From Mytilus californianus (taxonomy: Eukaryota): a DNA stretch of 64,000 nt. How positions within the stretch are numbered: position 1 is the stretch's first letter; each line of letters begins with the position of its first letter. The position numbers and the translations under genes were made by a program. The notes below the pieces were generated by a model. That model made no database searches, was not told the origin of the DNA, and worked only from the letters and a program-made list of their open reading frames with translations. The stretch spans positions 48,918,001 to 48,982,000 of the forward strand of contig NW_026262701.1 in the NCBI RefSeq assembly GCF_021869535.1. Direction: 5' to 3'. Positions 49,995 through 63,635 of the stretch are shown here, in pieces.

Positions 49995-51992
49995 CAGGGC
50001 CGTAACTATCCTCTTTTAAAAGTGAGGCAAAATTTATTCGCCGAGCGCCGCTTAAGGCCCTTAGAAGCTCTGGAAAAATTGTTCATCCTGAGCGTTTCCC
50101 GGACCCTTTCTGAATCTGAAACGCAAATTTTGTTTTAATTATTTTTTCGACAATATTCTGGTTTCAAAGCTAAATATATAGATTCAGTGTAAGACTTTTA
50201 GTTTTTAGGGACATCAAAAAACCGATATGTATGATAAAGCAAAAAGCGTAATTCACAAAGTTTAGTGTGTGGCTGCTGGTATTTTTTCAGTTTTTATAAC
50301 ACATTTCAATTACAACTTGATGTAGTTCCTAACTGGGATAAAAGGGTGCACTCAGGGTATACTCGGGAAAACTGTTCTTAGACCTCATTGCTACATTTTT
50401 GTGCTGTTTTAATATTATACCGGCTGATTAATGTCGGATCTGTCTGTTCTTGTCTTGTATTGTATTTAGACTTTGGTGTAATTTTTTTGTGACTTTGAAA
50501 TTTATTCACAGTACAATACTTTAAGTACCGCTTAAGTCGACGCTATGGGCCGTCTTGACCTTGTTGTAGGATATGAATGATTCGTTCATTGTTAAAGACC
50601 CTCCAGCGAATGTCAAGATGAAGAACAGGAATAAAAGCCCTGTTCATTGATAATTTGTATTTTTTTTCTATGTATTGTGTGCGATTTTATCCCTTGCACA
50701 TTTACTCCATATCCCTTTATTTTCTATACAGGGGCCTGAACACGGCTTAATGCAAGTTTAGCCCTTCAATGTGAAAGGTCATATGGCAATACATTATTTT
50801 TCTTTTTAAATGATTTGATTCCGGGAGATTGGTTGTCTCACTTTAATTTAACCCATGCCAGCTTTTTAGTTTTATTTATAGAAAAGAGAGCCAGTTTTGT
50901 ATTCTTTAATATAACGTTTAATTTTCCATGAAAAAAAAAAACAATCTTTCTATGTCCGGTAGCATCTTATTTTCTCAAAAAAATTTTTCGAACAATATCT
51001 GGACATCGGTGGCCATGTAACATTGCCAAACCACACAACCGTTCACCTGTCATCGTAAATCTTTCCCAAGTCTTACGTCTACGCAAAGCAAAGAATGAAC
51101 GTTCACAACATACGGATGTTACGGGAGGAACCATGAACCAGTCTTTAAACAATTCTCCAATGACATATTGGCTGCGTTCCTACCGTTCAAACCGTCAAAA
51201 CTAAGTCACTACTTTGCATTTGTACATTTTTAATTAATTTATGTTTGTTAATTTATTTGTTTATGTCTCCATTGTACTTTAGTTTACGAGAATAGATATA
51301 TATATATGAGATGAAATAAATTATAATCGGGATCTGTGCAAGCCCCGATAATCGTTAGCTTATCTACATCGCAAATAGGCTTGGGGCTTGACTGTGTAAA
51401 TATGGACAAAGTTAGACATACATTGCAACAAACTATTATTAAAAATCAATATAATCAACACTATAATCTGTCATATACAATTATCAAAGGAATATTAGAC
51501 AACTGAAGCGTTAGTCATAAAGATTTATTGATTGATTTGTGTTCGCTTAACGCCGCCTCAGAACAAAAAGTTGAGAGCTAATTTCAAATATTTTTACAAT
51601 TATTTAAAGTAGTTTTTTTAATTAGACAAAAGGTCCTTAAATATAATAAAACTCAAGTTTAAAACAAAATGACTAATTTACAAATGAAATTCAACACCAC
51701 GAGAATAGTCATAAAGAAGGGCAATCAATGAAGAAGAGACAAACCCGGGAACAGATAAGACACATAACGACACACAATACACAATCAACACTGAAAACAA
51801 AAAATAAATGAGAAACATGGATCCCGAGAAACATGGTGCGACGTCAAAGGGTGAACAGAACTTGCTTCTTGCAAACACTCACCTTGAAAACAATTTGATA
51901 TGAAGACAAGCTTTTGTTTAAACTTATTATTTTTTTTTTCAATTTCCATCACGAGTCGTTTGCCTCATTGCCTTAATGTAGTTACGGCCCTG
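49995..51992 (-). mobile_element. Internally deleted hAT-family DNA transposon
   Basis: 14-bp TIRs CAGGGCCGTAACTA. Remnant of the hAT dimerisation domain at 50967-51152 (PVTSVCCERSF..LRR.KTW.R.TM..ERL.GLA.LH). Flanked by ACAGT on both sides. Confidence 0.85.
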
Positions 51993-52340
51993 ACAGTGAA
52001 TATAGCGCAGAACCTTTTCGTGCCAATTGTAACAAGGAGTTTGCGTTAGGTCATTTTCATTCTGTTAACACTCTTTGTCAAGGTCAACTGCAAAAAGTTG
52101 TCTGCTTTGAAGTTTTATTCAATTGTTAAAGATACAACCTGAATCGTTGCATCATTTTGAAATGCATATGAACTATATATTTATATTGTTGTTAAATGAC
52201 TGGTTGGATGTGCTGAAGTAAACTCTAAACACGTGATCATGAAGTCAAATATTAAAAAGAAATATTAATCACGATACAACTGCCCTCAATTTAGTATAAA
52301 AATTGTAAATACTAATTAATTTGTTCTTCTTTTTCTACAG

Positions 52341-52370
52341 GGATCGAGCTGCCGTCCGTTCAATGGATGA
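52341..52370 (+). pseudogene. C-type lectin 1, probable terminal coding exon (GSSCRPFNG*)
   Basis: Strong pyrimidine tract TTCTTCTTTTTCTACAG; phase 0 matches exon 4; AATAAA at ~52460. No direct homology support in the window. Confidence 0.5.
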
Positions 52371-53629
52371 GAGAAACAAGCAGCAAGAGGAATATTGATA
52401 TATTGTTTGTTTCATTAAAACAATCCAAACAGAAGGAATTTTTCACTTTATCTCATAATAATAAACAGTGTATAAACAATCATAAAATGAAAAATTGTTT
52501 AACCACTACAGTGCCATTTTTACAAATCAGCATGATGATAATATTAAATATTAAATGAAAATACTTGTGAAATAAGTACGCGGAAAGTTTCGGTAAGGTT
52601 GTAGGCTATACAAATATCCTGATGCCGTACTGAAAGTCTAACAATGACATGTATTCTAATGAAATATTGAAGAGCGTCTTCACATAACGAAATATGTATC
52701 TCAACTACATATGATCGTAATATCGTCCCTAAGTTGCGACTTCGAATATACTGTTACGTAATTGTCGCGCTAAACGACGTTTAAACTTTACGTTTATAAA
52801 TTATAAAAAAAAATGTATATCTAAGAAAGTGCTTTACAACACTGACCTTCCACCGGTCAATATTTGTAAATACAAACAAACACCAGAGAGAAAAAAAAAA
52901 ACAAATGGAAAAGTACGACTATTGACACTTAAGTCGACATTTTATGGATGAATGATTTTTTTAATTAACTGCCGCAGATACATTAACAATATGTGAATTT
53001 ATTATGAAAAGTTTGTTAATATCTAGCCATTATTGAAATCAAATTGGACGAGTACTTCACAGAAGACTGTATTTACCCGTATCTAGCAGTACACTTTAGC
53101 CAGATACTTCTAGTATTAACCGTAACAAAATGATATATTCATGTTTATTACGTGTACATAATTCATGATGTAACAATAACTAAATATCCACAAAAACTCC
53201 GTATTATTGAAAAAATACAATCAAAATAAAGAACATTTGTTGGTTACTAGACATTTTGTTTATCTTGGATATCGAAATATCCAGGATCGTGCCATTGTTA
53301 TACCGGTAGTATATTAAGTAGTTTAGACAAAAGTCGCAAATTTGTCAATTATGCACCAAGTCTTGACCATGAAAGCATGAGATGTGACTAGACTACAGTT
53401 ACTAGAACAGATGGATGTTAACAGACGGGCTTGCTTGAATGAATTTTCAAACAAATTATACTATGTTGTTTACTGTTGGAAAATAAGGACTTTACTTAGC
53501 CAGAAGTTCGTTGAAAAAAATGTATGCAAATAAAACATATTAAGTGTATCAATACATATAAACTTTGAACAAAGGTTTTATACTCTAGCATCTTAAAAAC
53601 GGACAATTTGTCTAACCGACTATGATAAA

Positions 53630-54690
53630 ATTCAAATTCAAATGTTTATTATCATATACACTTTAAACAATAAGTTTGTAACAAATACAAAGAAAGTATC
53701 CAATATAACTGATATTCACACATATATATATATATATACACAATCATTTAATTACTGTAAATAGTCCAAGGTCCCTTGTCCTCAGTTCTAATGACTTTTT
53801 AATGTAGGACCCCAATTTATTTACTTGTGGTGATGTTCATGGATTTAGCATAAAAATCGCTTTTTCTTCATCAGACAAATCTTGAACAGAAAAGTTTATT
53901 TAAATTATCAAAAAAGTTGTTTTTCAATTCCCTATTTTATTCACAATCTAATAAAAAATGTTTTTCATCTTCTAATATGTTACATTTAAGACATAATCTC
54001 TGCTATCTATGAATATTACTTATAAGTATAGGATCATCATAATATCTATAATGCAAAATTTTGTTTAAATGTTGGAGATTGCTTCTGAAAAAAACCTATA
54101 TATATGTGTATGCATTTCACAAACGGTTCTATGATAAATTTTGTTCCTCGGTGTCAGTTCTGTTTTGTTTGTTTAGGATTGAAACAAAGACCTCAAAATC
54201 CCAGTTCAATATGCTAAGCGTTTTCTATAAAATCTTTGCAATATTAGGGTAACTGGCCATAATTTGAATTCGTTTGTGACAAAATTGCATGGAGAACATT
54301 CAATATAGAATCGTCCTTTAGTTTCATTAGATGTAGAACGCAAAGGAGGTTGTGGTGAAAATATTCAGCACAAATTAAACCTAGTAGCACCAGTAGTCAA
54401 CCCACATGAACAAATCCTTGGCAAAAACATATTTTGATTACTTACATTCGTGATACGCCCCTCTTTTTGACACTTGATCATGTATTGAACAGACTTCCAC
54501 CTCTCAATGGTAAACAGCTGAAAAAACACAGTTAGAGGTTGTCTCACCATCTCACTGGTTTGTTTTCTTTTTTCGAGAGTTGGAAGTTGACAGCATATAT
54601 TTGATTGCTTTTGTTTGACGTACAATTTCTTATAACTAGACACCTGTCTAGATTTGGACTGTCTTGTTCTTGTATTAGATAGTGAATGGG
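53630..54690 (-). mobile_element. Highly decayed LINE 3' remnant
   Basis: Minus strand reads QRLCLKCNILEDEKHFLLDC (the same zinc knuckle type as the 18.6-20.4 kb LINE) and ends AATAAA CATTTGAATTTGAATTT. Confidence 0.6.
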
Positions 54691-56886
54691 GAGTCTGTAT
54701 ATCTGTCCGTTCATTCGTCCTCCTTTTGTCCCACTTTTGTATCCGCAACTGTTCTTGAACCGCTTGTCAGAATTGTATGATACTCAAGGAATATTACTCC
54801 ATTATTCCGGTGTTTTCTTACCAAAGCATGGACTTAGCCATTGCTTTATTGGGGGTAACATTTATCCGCAATTTCTCCTAAACCCCTTGTTTCAAATACT
54901 TCAAACTTTCTCACAATCCTAACCATATATAAATCTATTATAACATAGTGTTATCTCAGAGTGTTACATGTATATGGATGCAAGCAAAGTTTCATCACAT
55001 CTACCCCAACATTTATATATGCTCATACTTTGAGCAGTTGAATACACAACAATAGTTTTCCTGTGATAAAAATATGGGGATAAGTTTTAAATTTGCCAAA
55101 AGTGTTGGTTCGAATCACCTGTACGATAAACAGAAAAATTCTAAGTATTTCGAAATATTTAAAGTTTTATCATCAGTTATATTATAATTATGACCGTTTC
55201 AATAATAATTCATGTCAACACAAAAGTGCTCTCTACCCACGGGGAGAAAAAAGAGATAGGACTAATCCTGTAAGTAATTCACTACTATAACCATGATGGT
55301 TTAAATCAAAACGTTTTCTTTTCCTTCTAAAATTGAATATTAAGAATTTACACTATATACTTAAACTTTTTCGACAACTTTTTCATATATATTCATAAAA
55401 TCAAAATTTTATTATAACAATGCTAGCTATGGCTGTTAAATACAGAACGAATTCTTTTATCTAACATGCTAAAATGAATTGAATTTAACCCCCAAAGTCA
55501 ATATGTAGGTTTTCGTCAAACAAATTTTGGTTAAGAATGTTATTCGAATAAATAAATCTATAAAATTTTACAAAATCTGTCAATATTGCGGTTTTGAGCA
55601 TTTTCTTTGGGTCATCCCATTAAAAGTAAAACATACGTCTGTTTGAACTCCAAAGTATACGTGAAAGTGTCATTCTAATTTCAGTAAAGATTAGAAGATT
55701 TTTTTTTTCAATGCCCCTGTTTGATATAAATTCACTAGGAGAAATTGACCCAACCCCTTTGTAAGCTCAATTTAGACCCAATAAAGGTGTCGGTTCGATA
55801 AGGCCCAAATATGACCCCATTTCTTTCTGAAATTAAAAAACATTATGTAATGACTATTACACAGAAGTCATATTTAACTTGAAAATTATGTTTGTCGAAC
55901 ACTGTAATGAAAATGAATATGGACGAAATCCAAGAGATTTTGTCAAATTTTCACAAAAGTTTCATTGTTTTCTTTTTCTTTTTTGTTGTGTATGAATTTC
56001 AATATTGAAGTAGAAAAAGTTCTCTAAAATTTTTCAATTTTCTTTCAACTTGAAACACTTTTCATCTTGAAGTCATTGCTTTGATATTGAGACCTTATAA
56101 CGCCCTTAACATGATTAACGATAAAAATAATTTTCAATTTTGTACACAATTAGTTCGCAAAAAAATACACATAAGCTCGAACCTCATATAGAATTTACTG
56201 ACCCCATATATATCGTATTGGGTTACTAGCACACTGTGTAACGAATTTATCTTACTGACTATCTTAACATATGGCATTTAGACTAGTGGCCTATCAAAGT
56301 GATCAAGTATTCGATATAAAGAACATACTTCCATTGGTCTATGCAAAAACAAAAGCCAACAATAACAACTTTTTAGCTTTTCATATGGTTTCTGCATTTA
56401 TTTCAATCGTTCATTATCAATTTCTTAATCTGTTGTCCCGGTGAAACGTTTCAATTTCTTCCTCGTGTTGTTTTTATAAAGGACGTAACACTACTAACCG
56501 TGTATTAAAATAAACCATACATACTAACCCCATATACAGGGTCTCCACGCGATCGCTTTTTACCAATGATATTCCTAGAAATGTATAGGAGGTAAGATAA
56601 ATGTATATGCTTGATGGGATATTCCTTTTTATCCTGCTTTAGGGAATATATTTATTATTAAACTCACAACAGCTTAGATATAACCATACATTGAACCACA
56701 GTGGACAGCCGTTGGCCGGGTCAGATCAGGTAAACGTTCGTCCGTTATGCCCACTTAGTACGTTTTATTTACAATGAACATTTAAACGCACTGGCCGCCA
56801 AAGGTTTTCTCAACGATGTAAACAAATAACAATGATTTCACACAATTACAGTCCGAGGCATCTACATGGAGATTTACAAAAAAACA

Positions 56887-56888
<2 letters not shown>

Positions 56889-56923
<35 letters not shown>
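56889..56923. repeat. (AT)n microsatellite
   Basis: Direct reading. Confidence 0.95.
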
Positions 56924-56928
<5 letters not shown>

Positions 56929-57304
56929 TTGCATTCATAAAATAATGTTTTACATTCAAATTTATAGGTATTTATTTCAAATATGATTTGTATTATCGCT
57001 GAAAAAAGTTTCCATTAAAGAATAATGAATGAAGTATCATTAAATAATAGAAAAAAATACAATATAGTTGTTTCTATGTTTAAAACTTAAGTTCTGTGTC
57101 TAAAGAATACACGAGAAAATAAAAGTCCTACGATATAAAGAGTTTCGAGAAACCGAGTACGACTGATTTTCATCTTAAGATCTTTTTGTTAAAACTACCA
57201 AAAACTTAGTTTTAAAACATATTACTTGGCATTCTGATTTAATTTTTAACGTTTTTTGTTGCTAGTTTCATTTGTGGGCTTTTTTGGGACCATACACAAT
57301 AAGT

Positions 57305-57905
57305 ATAGATTATTACATGGCATTTTTCATATCAGACCCTTTATCGGCCCTAGGTCATGATATCAGCCCAAGAGCCGGAGGCTCGAGGGATGATATCATG
57401 AACGAGGGCCGATAAAGGGTCTGATATGAAAAATGACATGTAATGATCTTTTTATCATATACTTCAGCAGAAGAAATACAGACAAGAACTATTAAAATTT
57501 TGTCTTCCTTTGAAATTCTAGATAATAATTTACAGACAACCAAATACAAATTTATTAACTTTAATTTTTTGACTGATATAACAAGCATTTCATTTATCAT
57601 GTGACATATCACAACAATTATTATGTTCTTAGTTTGAAAAATTTATTGTCAACGTCTGCCATGTTTACAAACAAATTTCCGGAAATGCACGAAGTTGCAT
57701 GTGATAAACCCCACGGACAATTACGGAAAGGCATGTGATAATATACCGGAAGCAGTCAATAAAAGTTCGTTTATCAGCCCGCCGAGGAAATTCTTAGGAA
57801 TCTGGTTGATAAACATTGTAACCCTTTCATAGCCTTTTAATTATTTTTAAATGTTATGGAACTGTAAAATTTAAGTAATATTTTATACAAGTATATGATA
57901 AAAGA
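57305..57905. mobile_element. Foldback-ended non-autonomous element
   Basis: Palindrome ~57308-57447 (CATATCAGACCCTTTATCGGCCCT / AGGGCCGATAAAGGGTCTGATATG), plus TTTATCATATACTT and AAGTATATGATAAA inverted motifs at ~57450 and ~57890. Confidence 0.65.
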
Positions 57906-60900
57906 AAATATCGCCCCCACGTCATATGTCATAGGATAATACCCGGACCTTGATTAATAAAAGTAATTTTAATCTTCTGAACATTATACTTTGCACAAAA
58001 AAGTCTTATCGAACACTCCAACGACCAGATTTTGCATGAGCATTCAAATATAATTATAATAACATTTTTCTCCCGGAAATACCATTCTAATACATCATAT
58101 GAATCCGGTGCAAAATTAACGTTGATGCTTTGTGTGATCGCAAAACGCGGCTCGAATTTTGTAATGAGTTTCGTGGTAGAATTTTTTTTACAGTGAATTG
58201 AATGTAACCAAGGTTTTGATTTATGTACAATTAATAAAGGAGATGCCTGATATATGTCAATGTGACACCATTCAAGCTACACAAATAATCAAGAGACATC
58301 TAATCATAATTTTAATTTTTATTATTGAGTCGAGCGTCACTGATGAGTCTTTGTAAAAGAAACGAGTGTCTGGCGTAGAAAGTGTTTTTTTTTAATTTAA
58401 AGACAATATATATTGAAAAACTAGAAGCAAATGCAGTAAAACATATTCATGCAAAAAAAAAATAATTGAAAGTTAAGGAATAATCAACATTAAATTTTGA
58501 CAAAGACACATTTTACTCTTTCTGTATGTTTTGCTGACCTTGCTATATGATTTTGATGTGTGATTTGTTTTGTGTCGCTGTAATGCTGTCTCATTGGCAA
58601 ATACTAGACATCTCCTTTATTTATAGTTAACAGAATGTTAACATTAGTTACATTCCATAAATTGTCTTCTTATCGCTTGAATATTCTATGTGACTTCAAA
58701 TTATGTTCCATGCGAAAAAATTATTGAGTCCAGAAGAAGCATACTGATTTTGTTTTACATGATCCACAAAATTTAGGTTTGTGCAAGGAAAAAATCTAGA
58801 TGTGAATGTATTTTTTCTCTTAAATGGAACATTTTTTGATAGGGTGTATGTTAAACAAATTCCTATAAATTGTATGCAAAAAACTTTCATTTTATTAATG
58901 GAATGGAAATGTGTATGTAGTGACCATGTATATTCCAACTGAAAGGCCCCTGACAGGCTGTCGTTGCGTAAAATCATAGTCATTGGCAAACACAATAAAG
59001 ATAAGCCGTCCTGTAATATCAACAACATACTGAAAAACGCATATCCAAGCTGTTATTAATCATATTCTTATACCATTGTCCACCGCCTATATTGCTTTTA
59101 ATCTGATTTGTTTTATTGATATCCTTTAGCAAATTTTTTATCTTAGCTTTATCTGGAGTAAATATGCAATTTCTTCTAAGCCCCTTATTTGAATCAATAT
59201 TTACTTATATATTTTAACCATATACATTGTGCACCTCTTTATTTTGTTTCTCTATTTTAATTATATTTTGGGTTTCCCTCAACAATTCATAGACTGCAAG
59301 TGACGGGATATATGTGAAGTATGTTGGTCGTATCACTATTTAGTACTGTTTTGCCATGAAAGCCTTTGTTTTAGTCGTATGTGATACGGACATTATGAGT
59401 TTTACTATTTATTCTAATTTTATTTCCTTGGTAATTTTTAGTATATACTTTATCATCAAACTGAAAAAACAAATAAGGGAGATAATCGAATATTCAAAAA
59501 GATAGTTAACTTCCTGTTACGTGTAAATATATCTGTCGGATATCAGGATTCTCATCAATGTTTGTTTCCTGTTATCTATAAGTTGATGACAGATCTTTGT
59601 TATTTTTTTTAATATTAACATTTCATGTAGACACACAACGACTAAGAGCTTGATAAAGACACCTGTCTTGTTCGAGTCTGTATATTGTTTTTCACTTGTC
59701 TTTTCTTGTCGTGTCTTTCTTATGTTGATGTTTGTGTGTGTGGAGATTTTGTTTTTGAGTTGCTGATTATTTAAGAATATTCTAAATATACTATAAACAA
59801 AAATAGACCCTTGGTTTTCCGTTACAGTTTTAAAATAAGCTTCAATACGTAATTTCATGATTTGAGTCTTTCACATTCACGAAGCAAAGACCAACCAATT
59901 AGAATATGAGGCCTATGTTTGGAAAGCGCTATGCTCTAAACATGTTAAAAATCCTTGCAACAACACTTTGACACTTACTTTGTCCCTTTATTCCAGTCAA
60001 ACCACTTTTTTTTCCAATCTGCTTACTGAATTACTGTTTAATTTGTTCTTCTTCTGAGTATTCTCGAAACATATTCGTTCGACTGGGAGTTGAGCAAAGA
60101 TTAAATCAATCAAACTAATGTGATTTGATGTGTACGCCTAATTATTTGGTTCGATTTATAATGAAAAACCACAAAAAGTAAGCATAACTTTAGTTAATAT
60201 TTTAAGGTTTAGAAACATAATTCTAAAAAAAACTCTATTTTCAGTGCTGAAACAGTTTTATTTACCCATATAACTGATTCATTGATGCTTAATTTACGTC
60301 AAGTGTTCTGAAATAACGTGATCGAGATTGAGGGCTTAAAATTTGAATTTCCAAACCAAAGACAGTTTCCCAGTAAACGAATCATAACATTCGGGAAGAA
60401 TATTTGAAATAAAATGACAATTATTGTTTAAATCAAAATCAGGATATAGTGTAGGTTACAAAGTTTAAAAATACGATTTCCAGGAAAACATCGGTTGCAG
60501 AAATTTTACACTGTACTACCGTAATACCATATAGTGACAGGTGGACCAAAGAAAGTTAAACACGACAAGGTCATGAAAGTTACATTGTTCCTATATCATA
60601 AACCAATATCAATATTCAGTAGCAGCTTTATAATTTTACATCAAAAAGCAAAAAGGTTTGTTGTGATTTTTTATATACTAATCTATATTTATGGTTTCGT
60701 AAAAATTTTATTCAATTTCATCTGATTCAAATTAAAAAAAAATATATACAAAAATAAGAACATACACGTAACTAACAATAACCAAAATTAATATTTGTAC
60801 AGGTGTTTTTTTTCAAATCTGCTTGCTTAGTAAGTGTATGTTATCTAAAAGAATTTGCCTTTGAGTGATGCATCTGCACTTTAATTTTATTATTACCACA

Positions 60901-61048
60901 TCCTATATTTGCTCGGAAAGAGAACACTGAGAAATGGTAAATATTAATGTAAACCGATTCAATTATTGCTTTCTATTGTTTTGCAATTTAATAAAACAAT
61001 GAAACACCCGTTCACAAATAAACCATATCTTCGGTTCGTAAAGATCAC

Positions 61049-61051
<3 letters not shown>

Positions 61052-61098
<47 letters not shown>

Positions 61099-61201
61099 TG
61101 AAATGTTCAGGTGCTTAACGCTATCTTAAAAATATTTATATTTAAATTGAAATGTGCACAAAAACTTCATTTGAAAATAAAATATTATTGACTGGCAATC
61201 T

Positions 61202-61246
<45 letters not shown>

Positions 61247-61365
61247 TGAGAGAGAGATAATGTTCAGGTGCTCAACGCATTCTTGAAAATATTCATCTTT
61301 AAATTTAAATGTTGTGCACAAGAACTTTATTTGAATATAAAATAGTATTGACTGGCAATCTTTCA
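61052..61365. repeat. Tandem duplicate of (GA)n plus ~110-bp unique sequence
   Basis: (GA)n at 61052-61095 and 61205-61258, each followed by ATGTTCAGGTGCT..TTGACTGGCAATCTTTCA. Confidence 0.85.
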
Positions 61366-61959
61366 AATTAAAACAAAAAAAAAAATACTTTCAACTGTTC
61401 AAACTTCAAAGTTGTTTTTAGATCACAACAGTTTTCAATGAAATGCAATCGGTATTTAGTAAAATTAAAGCAATGAAATCAGCGTCTTTCATCCAGTCTT
61501 CCTGCACCCAAATGATTGGCTGGGGTATACAATTATGCTAACTTGGACTTTTTCTATCTGGCAACAAAATCAATGCTCTAGTGGTTGTCCAAACTTATCG
61601 TCCTTTATCCGGATTGATCAAATCTTTTGTAAAACCTACCTTCGTGTACTTGTTTTATTGTTGATGTGCTCTCATCTTGAGAATGTATTCAATATTTGCA
61701 ACAGAGAAAAAAACGATCAATTAATTCAGTTTAATGTTTTTCATATGCCAGTTTCTAAGATAATTGGAGCCAACCCACATCTAAATTTGGAAAAAACACA
61801 GCGGGCACTATAAGACATTACAAACTAACAAAATTACAATATTTTCAACACAATATTCGGGTTTAAAACACTTATATAATCGTAATTTATATTTGCTTAC
61901 TTCCTGACGTAGAAGACGCAACTCATTCTACACAAAAAAAAGGTGACTGAGGAATAGAA

Positions 61960-62207
61960 ATATGATCACCATTGGTATTCCTCCGACCGGCTATAAAACC
62001 CTCGCCAAAGTGGGGCGTCCGTTTGGCTGTGCGGGATGTACAAGCTCGCAGTCACGTCCGGTCAAAATGGAAACGTTAACTCCGATGCCTGTTGTAAAGA
62101 GAGTGCCACGCTCTTTGCAAGTTAAGAACCCTTATGACAACTCTCTGAGGGGTCCGTAGTGACCTGTTGCAAGGCTAAATTTCTATCAAGCAACCAACAA
62201 TCAATCA
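61960..62207 (+). mobile_element. SINE-like element with (CAAT)n tail
   Basis: GC-rich body ending AAGCAACCAACAATCAATCAATC, the same tail as at ~20915-20930. Confidence 0.55.
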
Positions 62208-62422
62208 ATCTACACAAAACAAAAAATTCAAAATAGAGCACTTTTATTTATATTTTGATTTATATAACAGAAACCCCCAAATTCTGAAACGTTGAGAAGT
62301 TTACGAAAAATATAATTCCGTTTTATCACAATATAAAGTTGGCGACTGAAATTATTTGCCCCATCAAAAAAAGTTTCTGTCTGTTAAAATATAAAAAATC
62401 TTAAATGCTTAGTTTTTACAGG

Positions 62423-62546
62423 ATGTTCCTTTCTGTAATTCTGGTTCTGTGTTGCATTTCTATGATCGAGTCAAACTCATGTGATATATCCAAAGAGAAA
62501 TCAACGATATATAGCATGCTTCAGTCCATAGAAAAAAAGATGAAAG
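62423..62546 (+). CDS. C-type lectin 2 (perlucin-like, secreted), coding exon 1
   Basis: TTACAG|G ATG; MFLSVILVLCCISMIES signal-like peptide; GTAAAT donor, phase 1. Confidence 0.85.
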
Positions 62547-62919
62547 GTAAATTAACACTTTTCATTGTGGGAACTTGGCAAAGCTTGATAGAATCAAGCC
62601 ATGGTTCAATTTACACCAATTTGACAATTCTTATAGATAATATCTGAATCCAAGGTTCTTTTACTTTTGTTAGAGTTGATTATTTTTTTTTTTGTGCAGG
62701 GATACGTTTTTAACGTAGATTTCAACGAAAAGGTTTTAAAGTGTTTAAAGTTCGTTAAAATCACATTAATATACTCCTGAATAACCGAGATTAAAACAGA
62801 CGACTAAACAAATGATTTGACAATAGTATTTTTAATACTTATGCATTGTTCATTTTGAGATTATGCTACATGTACATTATTGGAATAATACTTATAAAAA
62901 ATATTGCATATTTTAACAG

Positions 62920-63023
62920 AAAAGTGTTCTGCCAACTCAGGGAATTGTCCAGCCGGTTGGAAAAAATACAAGGATCACTGCTACTTTTTTTCACCGGACA
63001 CAAAAATATGGCATTATGCTGCA
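62920..63023 (+). CDS. C-type lectin 2, exon 2
   Basis: EKCSANSGNCPAGWKKYKDHCYFFSPDTKIWHYAA, open; AG/GT sites and phases consistent. Confidence 0.9.
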
Positions 63024-63553
63024 GTAGGTCACTTCTTTACTTATACTAATATAGGAAATTATTCACAAAATTCAATGCAACTGGTCAATTCAATTGTATC
63101 AAGAGCTATTCGATCATTTATTAGGTGGGTGTTGGGTTAATATGTCTCTATTGCAAATACTAGATTTAGTTGACACTACTCAACATCCACAAGCCTAGAT
63201 GGAATGTTTTGATAGCTTTTGATTAAAAGAAATGATCCCGTGCAAGAATATTAGCTAAATGATAAGTGTTTCCGGTAATATCTAGGAGTATTATACAAAT
63301 CACTGTAATTTCACTACTACAATAATTACTAGAAATTTTTAGTGCAATGGCAATGGCATTTTTTTTAAATCTATTCATTCATCTTTCATATCTTCTGTCA
63401 ATTATACCTTTTAATGTAATAAATATTTCATAAATTGTATGCAAATATATCAGATTGTAACGTTTACTGAAAGGTCAGAAGAAGTCATTTAAAAGTAACG
63501 ATTTCAATCTTTGTTAATATCCAGAGTATAACGTTCTATTTCTGTTATTCCAG

Positions 63554-63635
63554 AAACAATGTAACAATATGGGAGGCTACCTTGTAAAGATTGAAGACTC
63601 AGCAGAAAACTCGTGGGTTGTTAGCAAGCTTTATG
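63554..63635 (+). CDS. C-type lectin 2, exon 3 (gene continues past the window end)
   Basis: KQCNNMGGYLVKIEDSAENSWVVSKLY|GTAAGT. Confidence 0.9.

Noticed and set aside
58696-59028. 110-aa minus-strand ORF (also 59517-59858)
   Set aside because: No recognisable domain, low-complexity composition and no partner exons identified.
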